From an uncultured delta proteobacterium (GTDB lineage: Bacteria; Desulfobacterota; Syntrophorhabdia; Syntrophorhabdales; WCHB1-27), in the NCBI GenBank assembly GCA_963810935.1, contig CAWEPK010000012.1:288001-352000 (forward strand): 64,000 nucleotides of DNA, in the 5' to 3' direction. Below the pieces are notes generated by a model. It had not been told where the DNA came from. It saw only the letters and a list, made by a program, of their open reading frames with translations, and searched no databases. Of the stretch, positions 10,763-21,941 are shown in pieces. The first letter of the stretch is position 1. Every line of letters begins with the position of its first letter. The translations under genes and the position numbers were made by a program.

Positions 10763-12424
10763 ATGCCTTTCCTTTTCATCTCATCCGCAGAAGAAAGGAA
10801 AACCGTCGAGTTTACGGCAGGCCCCTCGCTCCGCGACCTGCTCGACTTGACGGACCTCCGGGTCCGCTCCGGCTGCCGTGGATCGGGCGCCTGCGGCCTT
10901 TGCCGCGTCCGTGTCGAGGAAGGGGAAATCGATGGCCCCACACAAAACGAGACTTTCCTCCTTTCGCAAGAAGACCTCCGCCGCGGAATCCGCCTCGCCT
11001 GTCAGGTCACGCCTAAACAGGACCTTAGCCTGACCATTGTCAACCCCGCGCCAAAATCGAGCTGGAGGAGCCTCAGGCCCGAGGAAGTTCCGGCCGGCCC
11101 CGGCTCTTTTCCGGCGCCTATCAGGAAAATCAAGGATGACAAACGCTACGGGGTCGCCGTGGACCTCGGGACCACCCACGTAAGCCTCTCCCTTTGGGAC
11201 ATGGCCGGGAATCGCCGGTTATCGGGGCGATTCGGCCGGAACCTGCAGGCAGGCTGCGGGTCCGACGTCATGACGAGGCTCGTATATGCCGACGCGTCCG
11301 CGGAGAACGCGGAAACGGCCGGGCGGGCGGCAAGGGATTCCATCAGCGACGGATTGCGCGACATCTGCTCCAGAGAGGGGTACGACCCGAAAAAGATCGG
11401 GCGGATAACGGTAGTAGCCAACACGGCCATGCTTTGCCTTCTCGCGCGACGCAACTTCGAGCTGCTCCTCCAGCCGGAATACTGGGCAAGGGAAATCGAC
11501 TGCGCACCCGCCTTCGTAAACGGCTGGTTCGAGGGCGCCGGCCTCGACGAAGGCGTTCCCATCGAGATTGTGCAGCCTCTCGCGGGCTTCGTCGGCTCGG
11601 ACCTCCTCGCGGGGGTCATAGCCACACGCATAACTGAAGGCGATAGTCCGGCCCTGCTCGTTGACTTCGGGACCAACTCCGAGATCGCCTTATGGGACGG
11701 GCGGCTGCTATGGGTAACCTCGGCAGCCGGGGGACCGGCCTTCGAAGGCAGCGGCATAAGCTGCGGTATGCCGGCAGGCGACGGGGCCGTTTACCGGATC
11801 GACGGACCGGACGGAGGACCGGGGCCTGTCGCCCGGGTAATCGGAAACGGCAGGGCCGAAGGTCTCTGCGGCTCGGGCATGGTTGACCTGGTGGCCTATA
11901 TGGTAAGGACGGGAAGGCTCGACAGGATCGGGAACTTCGGCGCCGGGTTCGATCACGGCCTCCCGGAAGAGATCCGCCGCATCATGCCGCAGAAGAAGGA
12001 CATCGATACGTTTCAGCGGGCGAAGGCAGCCATCGGCGCCGGCATAGAGCTCCTGTCGGCTCGCGCCGGGGCGCCGGCGGAGGACATCCGGCGGGTATCG
12101 ATCTGCGGCGTCTTCGGGCAGTATTTGAATGTGATCGACGCGATAGCCATCGGCCTGCTGCCTCCCGTGCCGCCCGAGCGCGTAGAGCTATGCGGCAACG
12201 CGGCGCTCGCCGGGTGCGAGAGCCTTCTTTTGTCGCACGAGAGAAGGAAATATTTGAACTTTCTGAGAAAGAAATGTAAGCTTGTCAATCTCTCACAAGC
12301 GCCCGAGTTCGAAGATCTGTTCCTCAGGAATCTCTATCTCCAACCCGGATATCGAGCGAAGCGGGCTGAGCGGAAGACGGAGGCGGGCTTACCGATGGAA
12401 GTAAGCGCCAAGCCGGATATTTGA
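10763..12424 (+). CDS. RACo/ASKHA ATP-dependent reductive activator of corrinoid proteins with N-terminal 2Fe-2S domain
   Basis: 'CRGSGACGLC...RLAC', 'AVDLGTT', 'GFVGSD', 'DFGTNSE', 'AAGGPAFEG', 'GLCGSG', 'GNAALAG'. Confidence 0.9.
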   Translation: MPFLFISSAEERKTVEFTAGPSLRDLLDLTDLRVRSGCRGSGACGLCRVRVEEGEIDGPTQNETFLLSQEDLRRGIRLACQVTPKQDLSLTIVNPAPKSSWRSLRPEEVPAGPGSFPAPIRKIKDDKRYGVAVDLGTTHVSLSLWDMAGNRRLSGRFGRNLQAGCGSDVMTRLVYADASAENAETAGRAARDSISDGLRDICSREGYDPKKIGRITVVANTAMLCLLARRNFELLLQPEYWAREIDCAPAFVNGWFEGAGLDEGVPIEIVQPLAGFVGSDLLAGVIATRITEGDSPALLVDFGTNSEIALWDGRLLWVTSAAGGPAFEGSGISCGMPAGDGAVYRIDGPDGGPGPVARVIGNGRAEGLCGSGMVDLVAYMVRTGRLDRIGNFGAGFDHGLPEEIRRIMPQKKDIDTFQRAKAAIGAGIELLSARAGAPAEDIRRVSICGVFGQYLNVIDAIAIGLLPPVPPERVELCGNAALAGCESLLLSHERRKYLNFLRKKCKLVNLSQAPEFEDLFLRNLYLQPGYRAKRAERKTEAGLPMEVSAKPDI

Positions 12425-12434
12425 GGGCCGGCTC

Positions 12435-15400
12435 ATGAAGGAAATGAATCCCCAGCGTCATACCGAGGCTTTCATAAAGGCGGCGCAATACATAGCGCGC
12501 CTCACCGCCCGGCAGGACCTTCTCGAAGAGCTGTCAAACATCATCGTCAAATATTTCGGAGCGGACTGGGTTGCCTTCGCCGGAGATAACGCGGGCGGAG
12601 AGATCGACCTTCGTCGATGCACGGTGGCTGACGAGAGCTTCCGCAGGGCGCTCCTCGAAAAAACAACGGAAACTATTCGGGACGTTTTCGATACGGGTTT
12701 CCTTGCTTCCATGGAGATCGAGCATCCCCCGGCTCGCAACGTTACCTTCCTGCCGCTCGGGGAAGGAAAGGAGAACCGGGTTGCAGCGATCATCGGCCAT
12801 TCGGAGCCTCCTTCCCAGGAGCTGCTCAACCTCTACCTGGCCCTTTCGGGACTCGCGGGCTCAACCATGGGCAGGATCGCGACCGAGAGGGAGCTGAGGC
12901 TGCACCAGGAACATCTCGAAGAGCTCGTGAGAGAAAGAACGGCCGCGCTGCAAACATCGAAGGACGTCATACAAGAGCAGCGTGAATGGCTGAGGGTTAC
13001 GCTGGCGAGCATCGGCGACGCGGTCATGGCCACGGACAAGAGCGGACGGGTTACCTTCCTGAACGCGGTCGCCGAAGGCCTGACCGGCTGGACCCTTGGT
13101 GGCGCAGCCGGGAGACCGGTCACCGAGGTGTTCCACATCATCAACGAGCAGAGCCGCAAGACGGTAGAAGACCCCGTCGGCAGGGTGCTACGTGAGGGGA
13201 TCATAGTTGGCCTGGCCAACCATACCGTGCTCGTAAGGAAAGATGGGACGGAGGTCGCCATCGACGACAGCGGCGCCCCCATAAAGGACGGGGACGGCAA
13301 CATCATGGGCGCAGTCCTCGTCTTCCGCGACATCACCGGGCGCAAAATGGATGAGGCGATGCTGCGCGAAAGCAAGACCCGTCTCGACCTTGCCCTCCGG
13401 TCCGCCGACATGGGCGCCTGGCACTGGGACATTCCGGCGGACAAGCGGTACTTCGACGACCAGGTCTGCCGCCTTTTGGGCATAGACCCGCAAACGTTCA
13501 CCGGAAACGCAGCGGAGTTCTTCGACGTGGTGCATCCCGACGACCGAGAGAACCTCCACGCGGCGCTTGCCCGGACCGTCTCGGAAAACGCCCCTTACGA
13601 GCCTGAATACCGCGCGGTCCTGCAGGACGGGACCGTCCATTACATTGCCGCGAGGGGAAGGCTTGTCCGTGACGGCGCAGGCAGACCTGCGCGGCTCAAC
13701 GGCATCATCTGGGACATCACGGAACGCAAGCACCGCGAGGCGCGCATCACAAGGCTCACGCACCTCTACGCCACGCTCAGCCGGGTGAATGAAGCCCTCG
13801 TGCGCATCCGCGACGGGGGCGCGCTGTACGAAGAGGTCTGCCGCATCATCGCGAAAGAAGGGGCATTCCCTCTCGTGTGGATCGGCGAGGTGAAAGACCG
13901 GCAGGTGGTGCCGGCTGCATACTGCGGGCCCGCCGCCGACTACCTCAGGGATATAAGAATAGAGGTGGACGGCGTGTTGGGTGACGGCCCCAGCGGGACC
14001 TGCATCCGCGAGGACCGACCCGTCGTCAACGACGACTTCGATATCAACCCTACCACCCTGCCGTGGCGCAAAGCAGCCCTAAGCCACGGCTTCAGGGCCA
14101 GCGCGTGTTTCCCCCTGCACCGTCAGGGCAAGGCCATAGGCGCCCTTACGATCTACGGCAGCCAGCCCCACGACTTCGACGCGGAGCAGGTGGAGCTGCT
14201 TCAGGCCCTCGCCGCCGATATCTCCTACGCCCTCGACACGCTGGAGCATGAAAAGGTGCGGAGCCGAGCCGAAACCGACCTCCAGAAGAGCCTCAAGCGG
14301 TTCGAACTCCTCGCCTACACTGCGAGCGAGCTGCTCCGTGCCCCGGACCCGCAGAAACTGGTCGACTCCCTGTGCCGGCAAGTGATGGACCAACTCGGCT
14401 GCCAGGCCTTCTTCAATTTCCTTGCGGTCGAAGAGATGGGAAGGCTCATGCTCAACGCCTATGCGGGTATCCCCGAAGAGGAGGCCCGGAAGATCGAATG
14501 GCTCGACTACGGGGTAGCCGTTTGCGGCTGTGCCGCCAGGGACGCCTGCCGGATAGTGGCCGAGCACATCCCTACTACGCCCGATCAGCGCACGGAGCTG
14601 GTAAAATCTTACGGCATCAAGGCGTACGCGTGCCATCCGCTCCTCGGGCCCGAAGGGTCGGTCATCGGCACTCTCTCCTTCGGCACCCGCGACAGGGAAA
14701 CCTTCAGCGACGAGGACCTCTCCCTGATGAAGGCAGTGGCCGACCAGGTGGCCGTGGCCATTATCCGCATGAGGGACGAGGACGCCGTGAAGCAGGTCCG
14801 CGACGGGCTTGAAGAGCGTGTGAAGGAAAGGACGGCGGAGCTTCAGGAGGCGTACGACAAGCTCATGCGCGAGTCCGAGGAACGGGAGAAGGTCGAGAGG
14901 CCAGCTCCGCCAGGCGCAGAAGCTGGAGGCCCTCGGGACGCTATCCGGCGGCATCGCCCACGACTTCAACAACATGCTCGCCTCCATCATCGGCTTTACC
15001 GAGATGATCAAGGACCATACCCCTGATGGGAGCCGGGAGCATCGGCATGCACTGAGGGTTCTGGAAGCAGGCATCAGGGGGCGCGACCTCGTCAGGCAGA
15101 TGCTGATGTTCTCGCGGCAGACCGAGCAGGAAAAGAAACCGCTTCGCCTGTCGAGTATCGTCAAGGAGAGCGCCAAGCTCCTCCGGGCATCGATACCGTC
15201 CACAGTCAGCATCAGGGTCGTCATAAAAAGCGAGTCGGGCGTCATCCTCGGCGATCCTACCCAGGTCTCGCAGGTCCTCATGAACCTTGCCACGAACGCG
15301 GCCTACGCGATGCGGGACAAGGGAGGCACCCTCGACATAGAGCTTTCCGATTTCAGCGTCTCGCCCACCAACGGGGACCCGCACGGCATAGAGCCGGGGC

Positions 15401-16068
15401 TATACATGCGGCTGACGGTCCGCGACACGGGCGCCGGCATACCCGCGGAGATCGCGGACAGGATATTTGACCCATTCTTCACGACAAAGAAAATCGGCGA
15501 GGGGACCGGCCTCGGCCTCTCGGTAGTGCTGGGCATCGTCAAGCAGGTCAGCGGGTATGTCACGGTGGACTCCGCACCGGGCGAAGGCTCGACCTTCAGC
15601 GTCTATTTTCCGAAGATCGTTGAAGAGCCGGTTGTGCAAGGGGCGGCCGGGGACGAGACTGCGCCCGCCGGCAAAGAGAGCATCCTCTTCGTGGACGATG
15701 AAGAGGCGCTCGTGGAGATGGGCGAGGAGCTTCTCGCGGAGCTTGGATACGAGGTCACTTCCCGCGCGGGGAGCAGGGAGGCCCTGGCCCTTTTCAGGCT
15801 CGACCCCTCCCGCTTCGACCTCGTGATAACCGACCAGACCATGCCAGATATGACCGGGGTCCAGCTCGCATCGGAGCTTCTCTCCATCCGGCCCGATATA
15901 CCCGTCATCCTTTGCACCGGCTTCAGCCACACGGCCAGCGAGGAGTCGGTGAGGGCGGCAGGCATAAAAGGGTTCGTCATGAAGCCCCTGACAAAACGGG
16001 AGCTTGCAAAGACGCTCAGAAAGGTCCTCGACGCGCGAGACGCAGACGAGCCCCCCGGCCGGCGATGA
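12435..16068 (+). CDS. Hybrid sensor histidine kinase: N-terminal GAF-like, PAS, PAS, GAF, GAF, HisKA, HATPase, REC (frameshift near 14900)
   Basis: PAS motifs (SIGDAV...VFRDIT; HPDDRE), H-box GGIAHDFNN recovered in the shifted frame, DTGAG/GTGLGL, REC 'ITDQTMPDMTG'. No TM segment. Confidence 0.9.
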
Positions 16069-16134
16069 TTGTCGTCTTGACAAAATGTTTCCCTCCTGCG
16101 AAGCTATAAAAGTTCTGGGGGGAAACACCTGCCC

Positions 16135-16926
16135 GTGAAACCGACAAGCACCGAAATCAGGAAAGGCTTCTACAACAGGTCGCTGGAAAGGGCGCTCCAG
16201 ATACTCGATGTATTCAGTCTGGAGCGTCAGGCGCTCAGCAAAAGCGAGCTTTCCAAGCTGCTCGGCCTTTCAAGGGCCACTATCCTCAGGCTCTGCTCTA
16301 CCCTGGCCCAGTATGGCTATCTCAGGCAAGACCAGGAGACCAAGAAATATTCCCTCGGCATGCGGCTGTTCGAGCAGGGGAGCGTCGTTTTCAATTCCCT
16401 TTCGGTCCGGAAAGCCTCGGCCATGCCCCTCACCCGGCTCCAGCAGCGGATAGGCAAAACTATCTTTCTGTGCATCCTCGACAATGACGAGCTGCTTTAC
16501 ATCGACAAGAGGGATGACGGCAACAGCATCATTACGTTCACCTCCAAGATAGGCACCCGCCGGCCCCCTTACTGGGGGATGTGCGGCCCCATGCTCATGT
16601 CCCACCTCCCCGACGATGAGACAGAAAGGCTGCTGGCCAAACACCCGTTAAAGGCGCTGACAAGGCGATCGGTCACCGACAGGAAAGAATTCAAAGCCTG
16701 GCTGTGCAGGGTAAAGGACCAGGGATACGCAATCGACCCGGAGGCGACCCTCGAAGGGATCACGGGGGTAGCCGCCCCTGTCAGGGATTTTTCGGGAAAG
16801 GTCATAGCCTCCGTAGGAGCGGCGATCTTCTCCTCGTCCCTGACCGACGACATCCTGCCGACAATAATAAGCGCGGTTTCGGATACGGCCCTGACGGTCT
16901 CGATCAACCTGGGGTATAAACCGTGA
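16135..16926 (+). CDS. IclR family transcriptional regulator
   Basis: 'SLERALQILDVF' HTH and C-terminal 'GITGVAAPVRD'. Confidence 0.9.
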   Translation: MKPTSTEIRKGFYNRSLERALQILDVFSLERQALSKSELSKLLGLSRATILRLCSTLAQYGYLRQDQETKKYSLGMRLFEQGSVVFNSLSVRKASAMPLTRLQQRIGKTIFLCILDNDELLYIDKRDDGNSIITFTSKIGTRRPPYWGMCGPMLMSHLPDDETERLLAKHPLKALTRRSVTDRKEFKAWLCRVKDQGYAIDPEATLEGITGVAAPVRDFSGKVIASVGAAIFSSSLTDDILPTIISAVSDTALTVSINLGYKP

Positions 16927-17000
16927 GTTGCGCGCTTACGGCGTCGCGTCGCGCTCCAGCCCTTTTCAGAACAGCCGGACGCGCCGGCCGCTGTTTTTTC

Positions 17001-17066
17001 TTGACAAAGAACGAGGTTCCCACGTATTGTTTACTAAATGCACAGGGTATGTTCACTAGATGAACA
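17001..17066 (+). promoter_or_regulatory. Sigma70-like promoter with two tandem palindromic operator-like sites upstream of paaK
   Basis: TTGACA (17001) then TATTGT (17025); palindromes tgtttactaaatgcaca (17028-17044) and tgttcactagatgaaca (17050-17066). Confidence 0.55.
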
Positions 17067-17126
17067 CTTGAACAAAGCGTAAAGCTCTAGCCGCACCGGG
17101 AACTAAACCTAGATAAGGAGAGGCAT

Positions 17127-18459
17127 ATGGCTATCGATCCAAGTATCTATTGGAACCCCATTACCGAGACGCTGCCCAGGGAGAAGCTGCAGGAGCTTCA
17201 AGTCAGGAAGTTCAGGCGCATCTTCACGTGGGCGTATGAGAAATCGCCCTTTTACGGCAAGCTTTACAGGGACGCAGGCATAGAGCCCGGCGACATCAAG
17301 ACGCTTGCCGATATAAGGAAGGTGCCCAAGATAGATAAGGGTATGCTCCGGGACGTGCAGACCAGACCGCCCTTCCCTTACGGAGACATGCTCGCGGTGC
17401 CCCTGAAAGACGTAACCTGTTTCCGCCAGACGAGCGGCACTACCGGCACCCCCGTCTATCAGGCGGACACGTGGCAGGATTGGGAATGGTGGGCCGAGTC
17501 ATGGGCCTATATCCTTTATGCCCAGGGTTACAGGGACACGGACCGCATGTTCATCCCCTTCGGCTACAACATCTTCGTCGCCTTCTGGGCGTGCCATTAC
17601 GCAGCGGAAAAGCTGGGCTGCGAAGTCGTCCCCGGCGGCGTCCTCGACACAGAGGCGAGGGTCATGAAGATGAAGGAGCTTAAATGCACCGCCTTCGGCG
17701 CCACCCCTACCTACGTGCTCGGCCTTGCCGATACGGCGAAGAAGATAGGGATAGACCCGAGGAGCATAGGCATCAAGCGCATCACCTGCGCAGGCGAGCC
17801 CGGCGCGGCCATTCCGACGACCAAGCAGCGCATCGAGGACGCATGGGGCGCGAAGGTCTACGACCACATAGGCGCGACCGAGATAGGCGCCTGGAGCTAC
17901 ATGTGTACCCACCAGTCCAGGGGCCTGCACGTGAACGAGGCGTTCTTCCTGGTCGAGATCGAGGACGTGGAGACCGGCGAGATCATAGAAGAGCCGGGCA
18001 AGAACGGCAAGATGATCATCACCGCCTTCGACAGGATGGCAAAGCCGTGCATCCGCTTCGACTCGAAAGACGTCATCCGCTGGGCCGACTACTCGTGCGA
18101 CTGCGGCAGGACGTTCCGCATCATCGACGGCGGCGTGGTAGGCAGGGCGGACGACATAACGAAGGTAAAGGGCGTGCTCCTGGCCCCCACCGCGATAGAA
18201 GAGGTCGTGCGCAGCTTCACCGAGTCTGTCGGATGAGTACGAAGTGGTCGTTTCCAAGAAGGGCGATATCGACGACATCTCCCTGAAGGTAGAGATCAAG
18301 CCGGGCCTTGAGGGAGATAAGGAATCGATCCTCGCCAGGCTCAAGGACGAGCTGCGCGTAAAGACGAACCTCGGGTATAAGATCGAGGTCCATCCCCACG
18401 GCAGCCTTCCCAGGTATGAGGTGAAGGCGAAGAGATTCAAGGACCTGAGAAAACACTAG
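17127..18459 (+). CDS. paaK: Phenylacetate-CoA ligase family protein (frameshift near 18225)
   Basis: 'QTSGTTGTP', 'CAGEPG', 'YDHIGATE', 'GRADDITKVKGV', C-terminal 'LPRYEVKAKR'. Confidence 0.85.
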
Positions 18460-18471
18460 GAGGGGCAAGCC

Positions 18472-18651
18472 GTGATAGACAAAAAGAAACTGGAAGAAAT
18501 GGATGCGCGTATAAAACTGATCAGAAAGACCGCCGAGGAGTTGACGGCCACGTGCGAGGGGATCGAGGCGGTTAAGAAGAACGTAGTCCGCCTCCTTGCC
18601 AGCACCCGGATGCTCGAGCTCAATATAAGCGATGTGAAGGACCTGCTTTAG
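18472..18651 (+). CDS. Small hypothetical coiled-coil protein (59 aa), missing from the supplied ORF track
   Basis: ggagggg RBS, GTG start, MIDKKKLEEMDARIKLIRKTAEEL...MLELNISDVKDLL*. Confidence 0.7.
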   Translation: MIDKKKLEEMDARIKLIRKTAEELTATCEGIEAVKKNVVRLLASTRMLELNISDVKDLL

Positions 18652-18759
18652 AGCGAGCCGGCCGTTAACTGTGAGTCGTTGCCTCGTCCCTGCACCAGGC
18701 AAGGCGTTCAAAGTCAAAGCATCCCGGGGGGGACGCAGCACTTTAACAGGGGGGATTCA

Positions 18760-19245
18760 ATGGAAAACGCTCTCGACCTTTTCCTGAGGGTTTGCAAGGC
18801 GGTGCTTAACGTCGTTGCCAGCGCCGCCCTTACCTTCATGATGTTTCTTACCGTCGCCGACATTGTCTGCCGTGCCCTCGGCCACCCGCTCGTCGGCACC
18901 TACGAAGTAGTCAGCCTTGCACTCGCCCTCGTCATAGGGTTCGGCATCCCCAGGGTCTCTTTGGATAAGAGCCACGTCTACATGGAGATAGTCCTGGAGA
19001 AGGTCGGCATGAAGGCCAAGGCCGTCCTAAACACGTTCACGAGATTGATCTGCCTCTGCCTTTTCATCCTTATCTCCTACAACCTGTTCAGCATAGGCGC
19101 AGAGTTCCATACGTCAGGCGAGGTCTCTCCTACGATCAGGCTCCCCTTCTACCCGATAGCCTACGCGGTGGGGGTCTGCTGCTTCATAGAATGTGTGGTC
19201 TTCATCTCGCAGCTCGTGAAGATCTGGAGGGGCCATTATGAATGA
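18760..19245 (+). CDS. dctQ: TRAP transporter small permease
   Basis: Four TM segments, 'GTYEVV', 'HVYME'; overlaps dctM. Confidence 0.85.
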   Translation: MENALDLFLRVCKAVLNVVASAALTFMMFLTVADIVCRALGHPLVGTYEVVSLALALVIGFGIPRVSLDKSHVYMEIVLEKVGMKAKAVLNTFTRLICLCLFILISYNLFSIGAEFHTSGEVSPTIRLPFYPIAYAVGVCCFIECVVFISQLVKIWRGHYE

Positions 19246-20542
19246 GATAACTATAGGCATCGTCGCGCTCGTCATCCTTCTGGCCCTTTTCTCTACGGGC
19301 ATAGAGCTGGGGTTCGCCATGGCCGCGGTCGGCTTCTGCGGCTTCGCTTACTTCAACGGCTTATCAGCCGCAATGAACTTACTTGGAAGGGACGTCTACG
19401 ACGTCATCACGAACTACGGCTACACGGTCTTCCCCCTGTTCATCCTCATGGGCCAGATAGGCTTCAACGCCGGCATTGCGGTCAGACTCTATTCGGCCGC
19501 CAATAAGTTCGTTGGCCACATCCCGGGCGGCCTCGCCATGGCGACCGTCATAGGCGCCACGGGGTTCAAGGCGATCTGCGGCTCGTCGGCCGCGACCTCG
19601 GCCACCTTCGCTGCCGTCGCAGTCCCCGAGATGGACCGCTTCGGCTACGACAGGAGGCTCTCGACCGGCATCGTCGCAACGGTCGGAAGCTTGGGCTGCA
19701 TAATCCCTCCCTCCGTCGTCCTCATCATATTCGGCATATTGACCGAGCAGTCGATAGGCCAGCTCTTTCTGGCAGGCATGATCCCGGGCTTCCTGATCGC
19801 CTTCCTCTTCCTTTTCATCATCTACGGGTGGGCCAAGATATACCCGAAGGCCGCACCATTGTCCGCGAGGTCAAGCTGGGCAGATAGGGCAAGGAGCCTG
19901 CCGGAGGTCGTCTGGATCGTCCTCGTCTTCTTCCTCGTCGTGGGCGGCATGATGGCCGGCTACTTCACGCCTACGGAAGCGGGCGCGGTAGGCACCTTCG
20001 CCATCTTCATCCTATCGATAGTCACCCGTAACATGAACTTCAAGAAGTACGTCCTCTCGCTTGCCGAGGCCACCCGCACGGCAGGCATGATCCTGATGCT
20101 GATCGCAGGCTCGACCATACTCGGCCACTTCATCGCAGTGACCAACATACCCCAGGCCGTGGCCGACTGGATAGTCTCCCTGCCCCTGAACCGGTACGTA
20201 ATCATGATACTCATCTGCTTTGTCTACGAGCTGGGGGGCTCCTTTATCGACGATCTGGCCTTTATGATCCTTGCGACCCCTATCTTCTATCCGGCCGTCT
20301 TAAAGCTCGGCTTCAGCCCGTTATGGTTCGGCATAGTGATCGGCGTAGTCGTCATGATCGGGGTTGTCATCCCGCCTGTCGCAGTCTGCGTCTTCGTCGT
20401 AAAGAACATCACGAAGGAGCCGATGGGCCGCATATACAGAGGCGTGGCCCCGTTCCTGCTCTCTTTAGTCTTTGTCTGGGGCCTTATGTTCGTCTTTCCC
20501 CAGCTTGCCCTCTGGCTGCCCTCGGTCTTCTATGGCAAGTAA
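19238..20542 (+). CDS. dctM: TRAP transporter large permease
   Basis: 'PLFILMG', 'GSSAATSAT', 'IIPPS', 'TPTEAGAVG'. Confidence 0.92.
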   Translation: MNEITIGIVALVILLALFSTGIELGFAMAAVGFCGFAYFNGLSAAMNLLGRDVYDVITNYGYTVFPLFILMGQIGFNAGIAVRLYSAANKFVGHIPGGLAMATVIGATGFKAICGSSAATSATFAAVAVPEMDRFGYDRRLSTGIVATVGSLGCIIPPSVVLIIFGILTEQSIGQLFLAGMIPGFLIAFLFLFIIYGWAKIYPKAAPLSARSSWADRARSLPEVVWIVLVFFLVVGGMMAGYFTPTEAGAVGTFAIFILSIVTRNMNFKKYVLSLAEATRTAGMILMLIAGSTILGHFIAVTNIPQAVADWIVSLPLNRYVIMILICFVYELGGSFIDDLAFMILATPIFYPAVLKLGFSPLWFGIVIGVVVMIGVVIPPVAVCVFVVKNITKEPMGRIYRGVAPFLLSLVFVWGLMFVFPQLALWLPSVFYGK

Positions 20543-20595
20543 GAGGGGTAAATGGGGTATAAAGATACGCAAAAACCTTCAAAGGGGGTAACAAG

Positions 20596-21660
20596 ATGCT
20601 AAGAAAACTGACGGTCTTCCTATGTGTCCTCGCGCTTTGTCTCTCGTTCTCTTCGATTGCCGGCGCGGATGTGATCAAGCTGAAGCTGGCCAATTACTTC
20701 CCGCCCGTCCACATGAACTCGGTCATGCTCGGCAAGTGGGCCGACGGGCTTAACAAGAAGCTCGCAGGCAAGGTGGAGATCACCCAGTATACGGGCGGCA
20801 CGCTTCTTACCGCCCCCAAGATCGCCCCGGGCGTGCTGACGGGCATTGCCGACATCGGCTTCTCCCACTGCTCGTACACCCGCGGCCGCTTCCCCGTAAT
20901 GGAGATCATGGAGCTGCCTATAGGCTTCCCGAGCCCCTGGATCGCGGGCCACGTCTCCAACGACTTCTATGACAAGTTCAAGCCGAAGGAATGGGACGCC
21001 TTCCATCCCATCATGTTCTCGACGAGCCCCGTCAACGTCCTCCAGTCGCTCTCAAAGCCCGTAAAGACCTTGGAAGACATAAAGGGCATGAAGCTACGGG
21101 GCCCCGGCAGGATAGGCGACATAGCCCGCGCCCTGGGCGCAGTCCCGATGCCTATCGAGATCGTCGATACCTATGAGGCCCTGCGCCGCGGCGTAGTGGA
21201 GGGCAACTTCGGTCCGTTAGAGCAGCTCAAAGGGTTCAAGATCGGCGAGGTAGAGAAGTACGTCACCGCCTCCTGGAAGATAGGCAGCGTCTTCTCCTTC
21301 TACGTAATCATGAACAAGAACAAGTGGAACAGCCTGCCCGCAGACGTCCAGAAGATCATAACCGACTACTCCAAGGGCGAGTTCTTAGACCAGTGGCTTG
21401 TCGAGTGGAACCGCATTGACATCGAGGGCGGCGACTGGTTCAAAAAGCAGGGCGGCCAGATAATCAACATCTCCGACGCCGAGAGCGCCAGGTGGGTAAA
21501 AGCAGCACAGCCCGTCATCGCAGACTTCAAAAAAGACATGATCGCCAAGGGCTACAAGGCCGCCGAGGTCGATGCCTGGATAGCCTTCATCAAAGAGCGC
21601 ATCGAATACTGGAAGGCCCAGGAAAAGGCAAAGAAGATACCTACGGCGTATCAGTACTAG
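20596..21660 (+). CDS. dctP: TRAP transporter substrate-binding protein
   Basis: Signal peptide; 'YTGGTL', 'GRFP', 'KGMKLR', 'YEALRRGVVEG', 'MNKNKWNSLP'. Confidence 0.9.
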   Translation: MLRKLTVFLCVLALCLSFSSIAGADVIKLKLANYFPPVHMNSVMLGKWADGLNKKLAGKVEITQYTGGTLLTAPKIAPGVLTGIADIGFSHCSYTRGRFPVMEIMELPIGFPSPWIAGHVSNDFYDKFKPKEWDAFHPIMFSTSPVNVLQSLSKPVKTLEDIKGMKLRGPGRIGDIARALGAVPMPIEIVDTYEALRRGVVEGNFGPLEQLKGFKIGEVEKYVTASWKIGSVFSFYVIMNKNKWNSLPADVQKIITDYSKGEFLDQWLVEWNRIDIEGGDWFKKQGGQIINISDAESARWVKAAQPVIADFKKDMIAKGYKAAEVDAWIAFIKERIEYWKAQEKAKKIPTAYQY

Positions 21661-21670
21661 CATGGTTTAG

Positions 21671-21812
21671 GGGCCGGAGTCGGTCGGGATCTTTCCGCGG
21701 CCTTCACGTCGTTTTCTCGGCGAGCGTCCTCACGTACAGTAGTACGCTGCGGTGCGCGCCTTCGAAAAGCAACGTGAATTCCATCGGAAATCTCTCCGAC
21801 CTACCCCGGCCC
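21671..21812 (-). repeat. Intergenic palindromic repeat family, copy 3 (inverted)
   Basis: The reverse complement shares cgttgcttttcgaaggcg.gcaccgcagcgtactactgtacgtgaggacgc.cgccgagaaaacgacg with the copy at 52151-52325. Confidence 0.85.
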
Positions 21813-21941
21813 GTGTCCATTATTTAAGGATGGGCGGCGTTAGGCCGCCCATACACACTTGCCCGCATCAAGGCCCCAAACGAAGTTGTTGCGACTCGCT
21901 GTAATCTGATATAATTTAAGCATTCAGGAGGTAGAGCAGAT

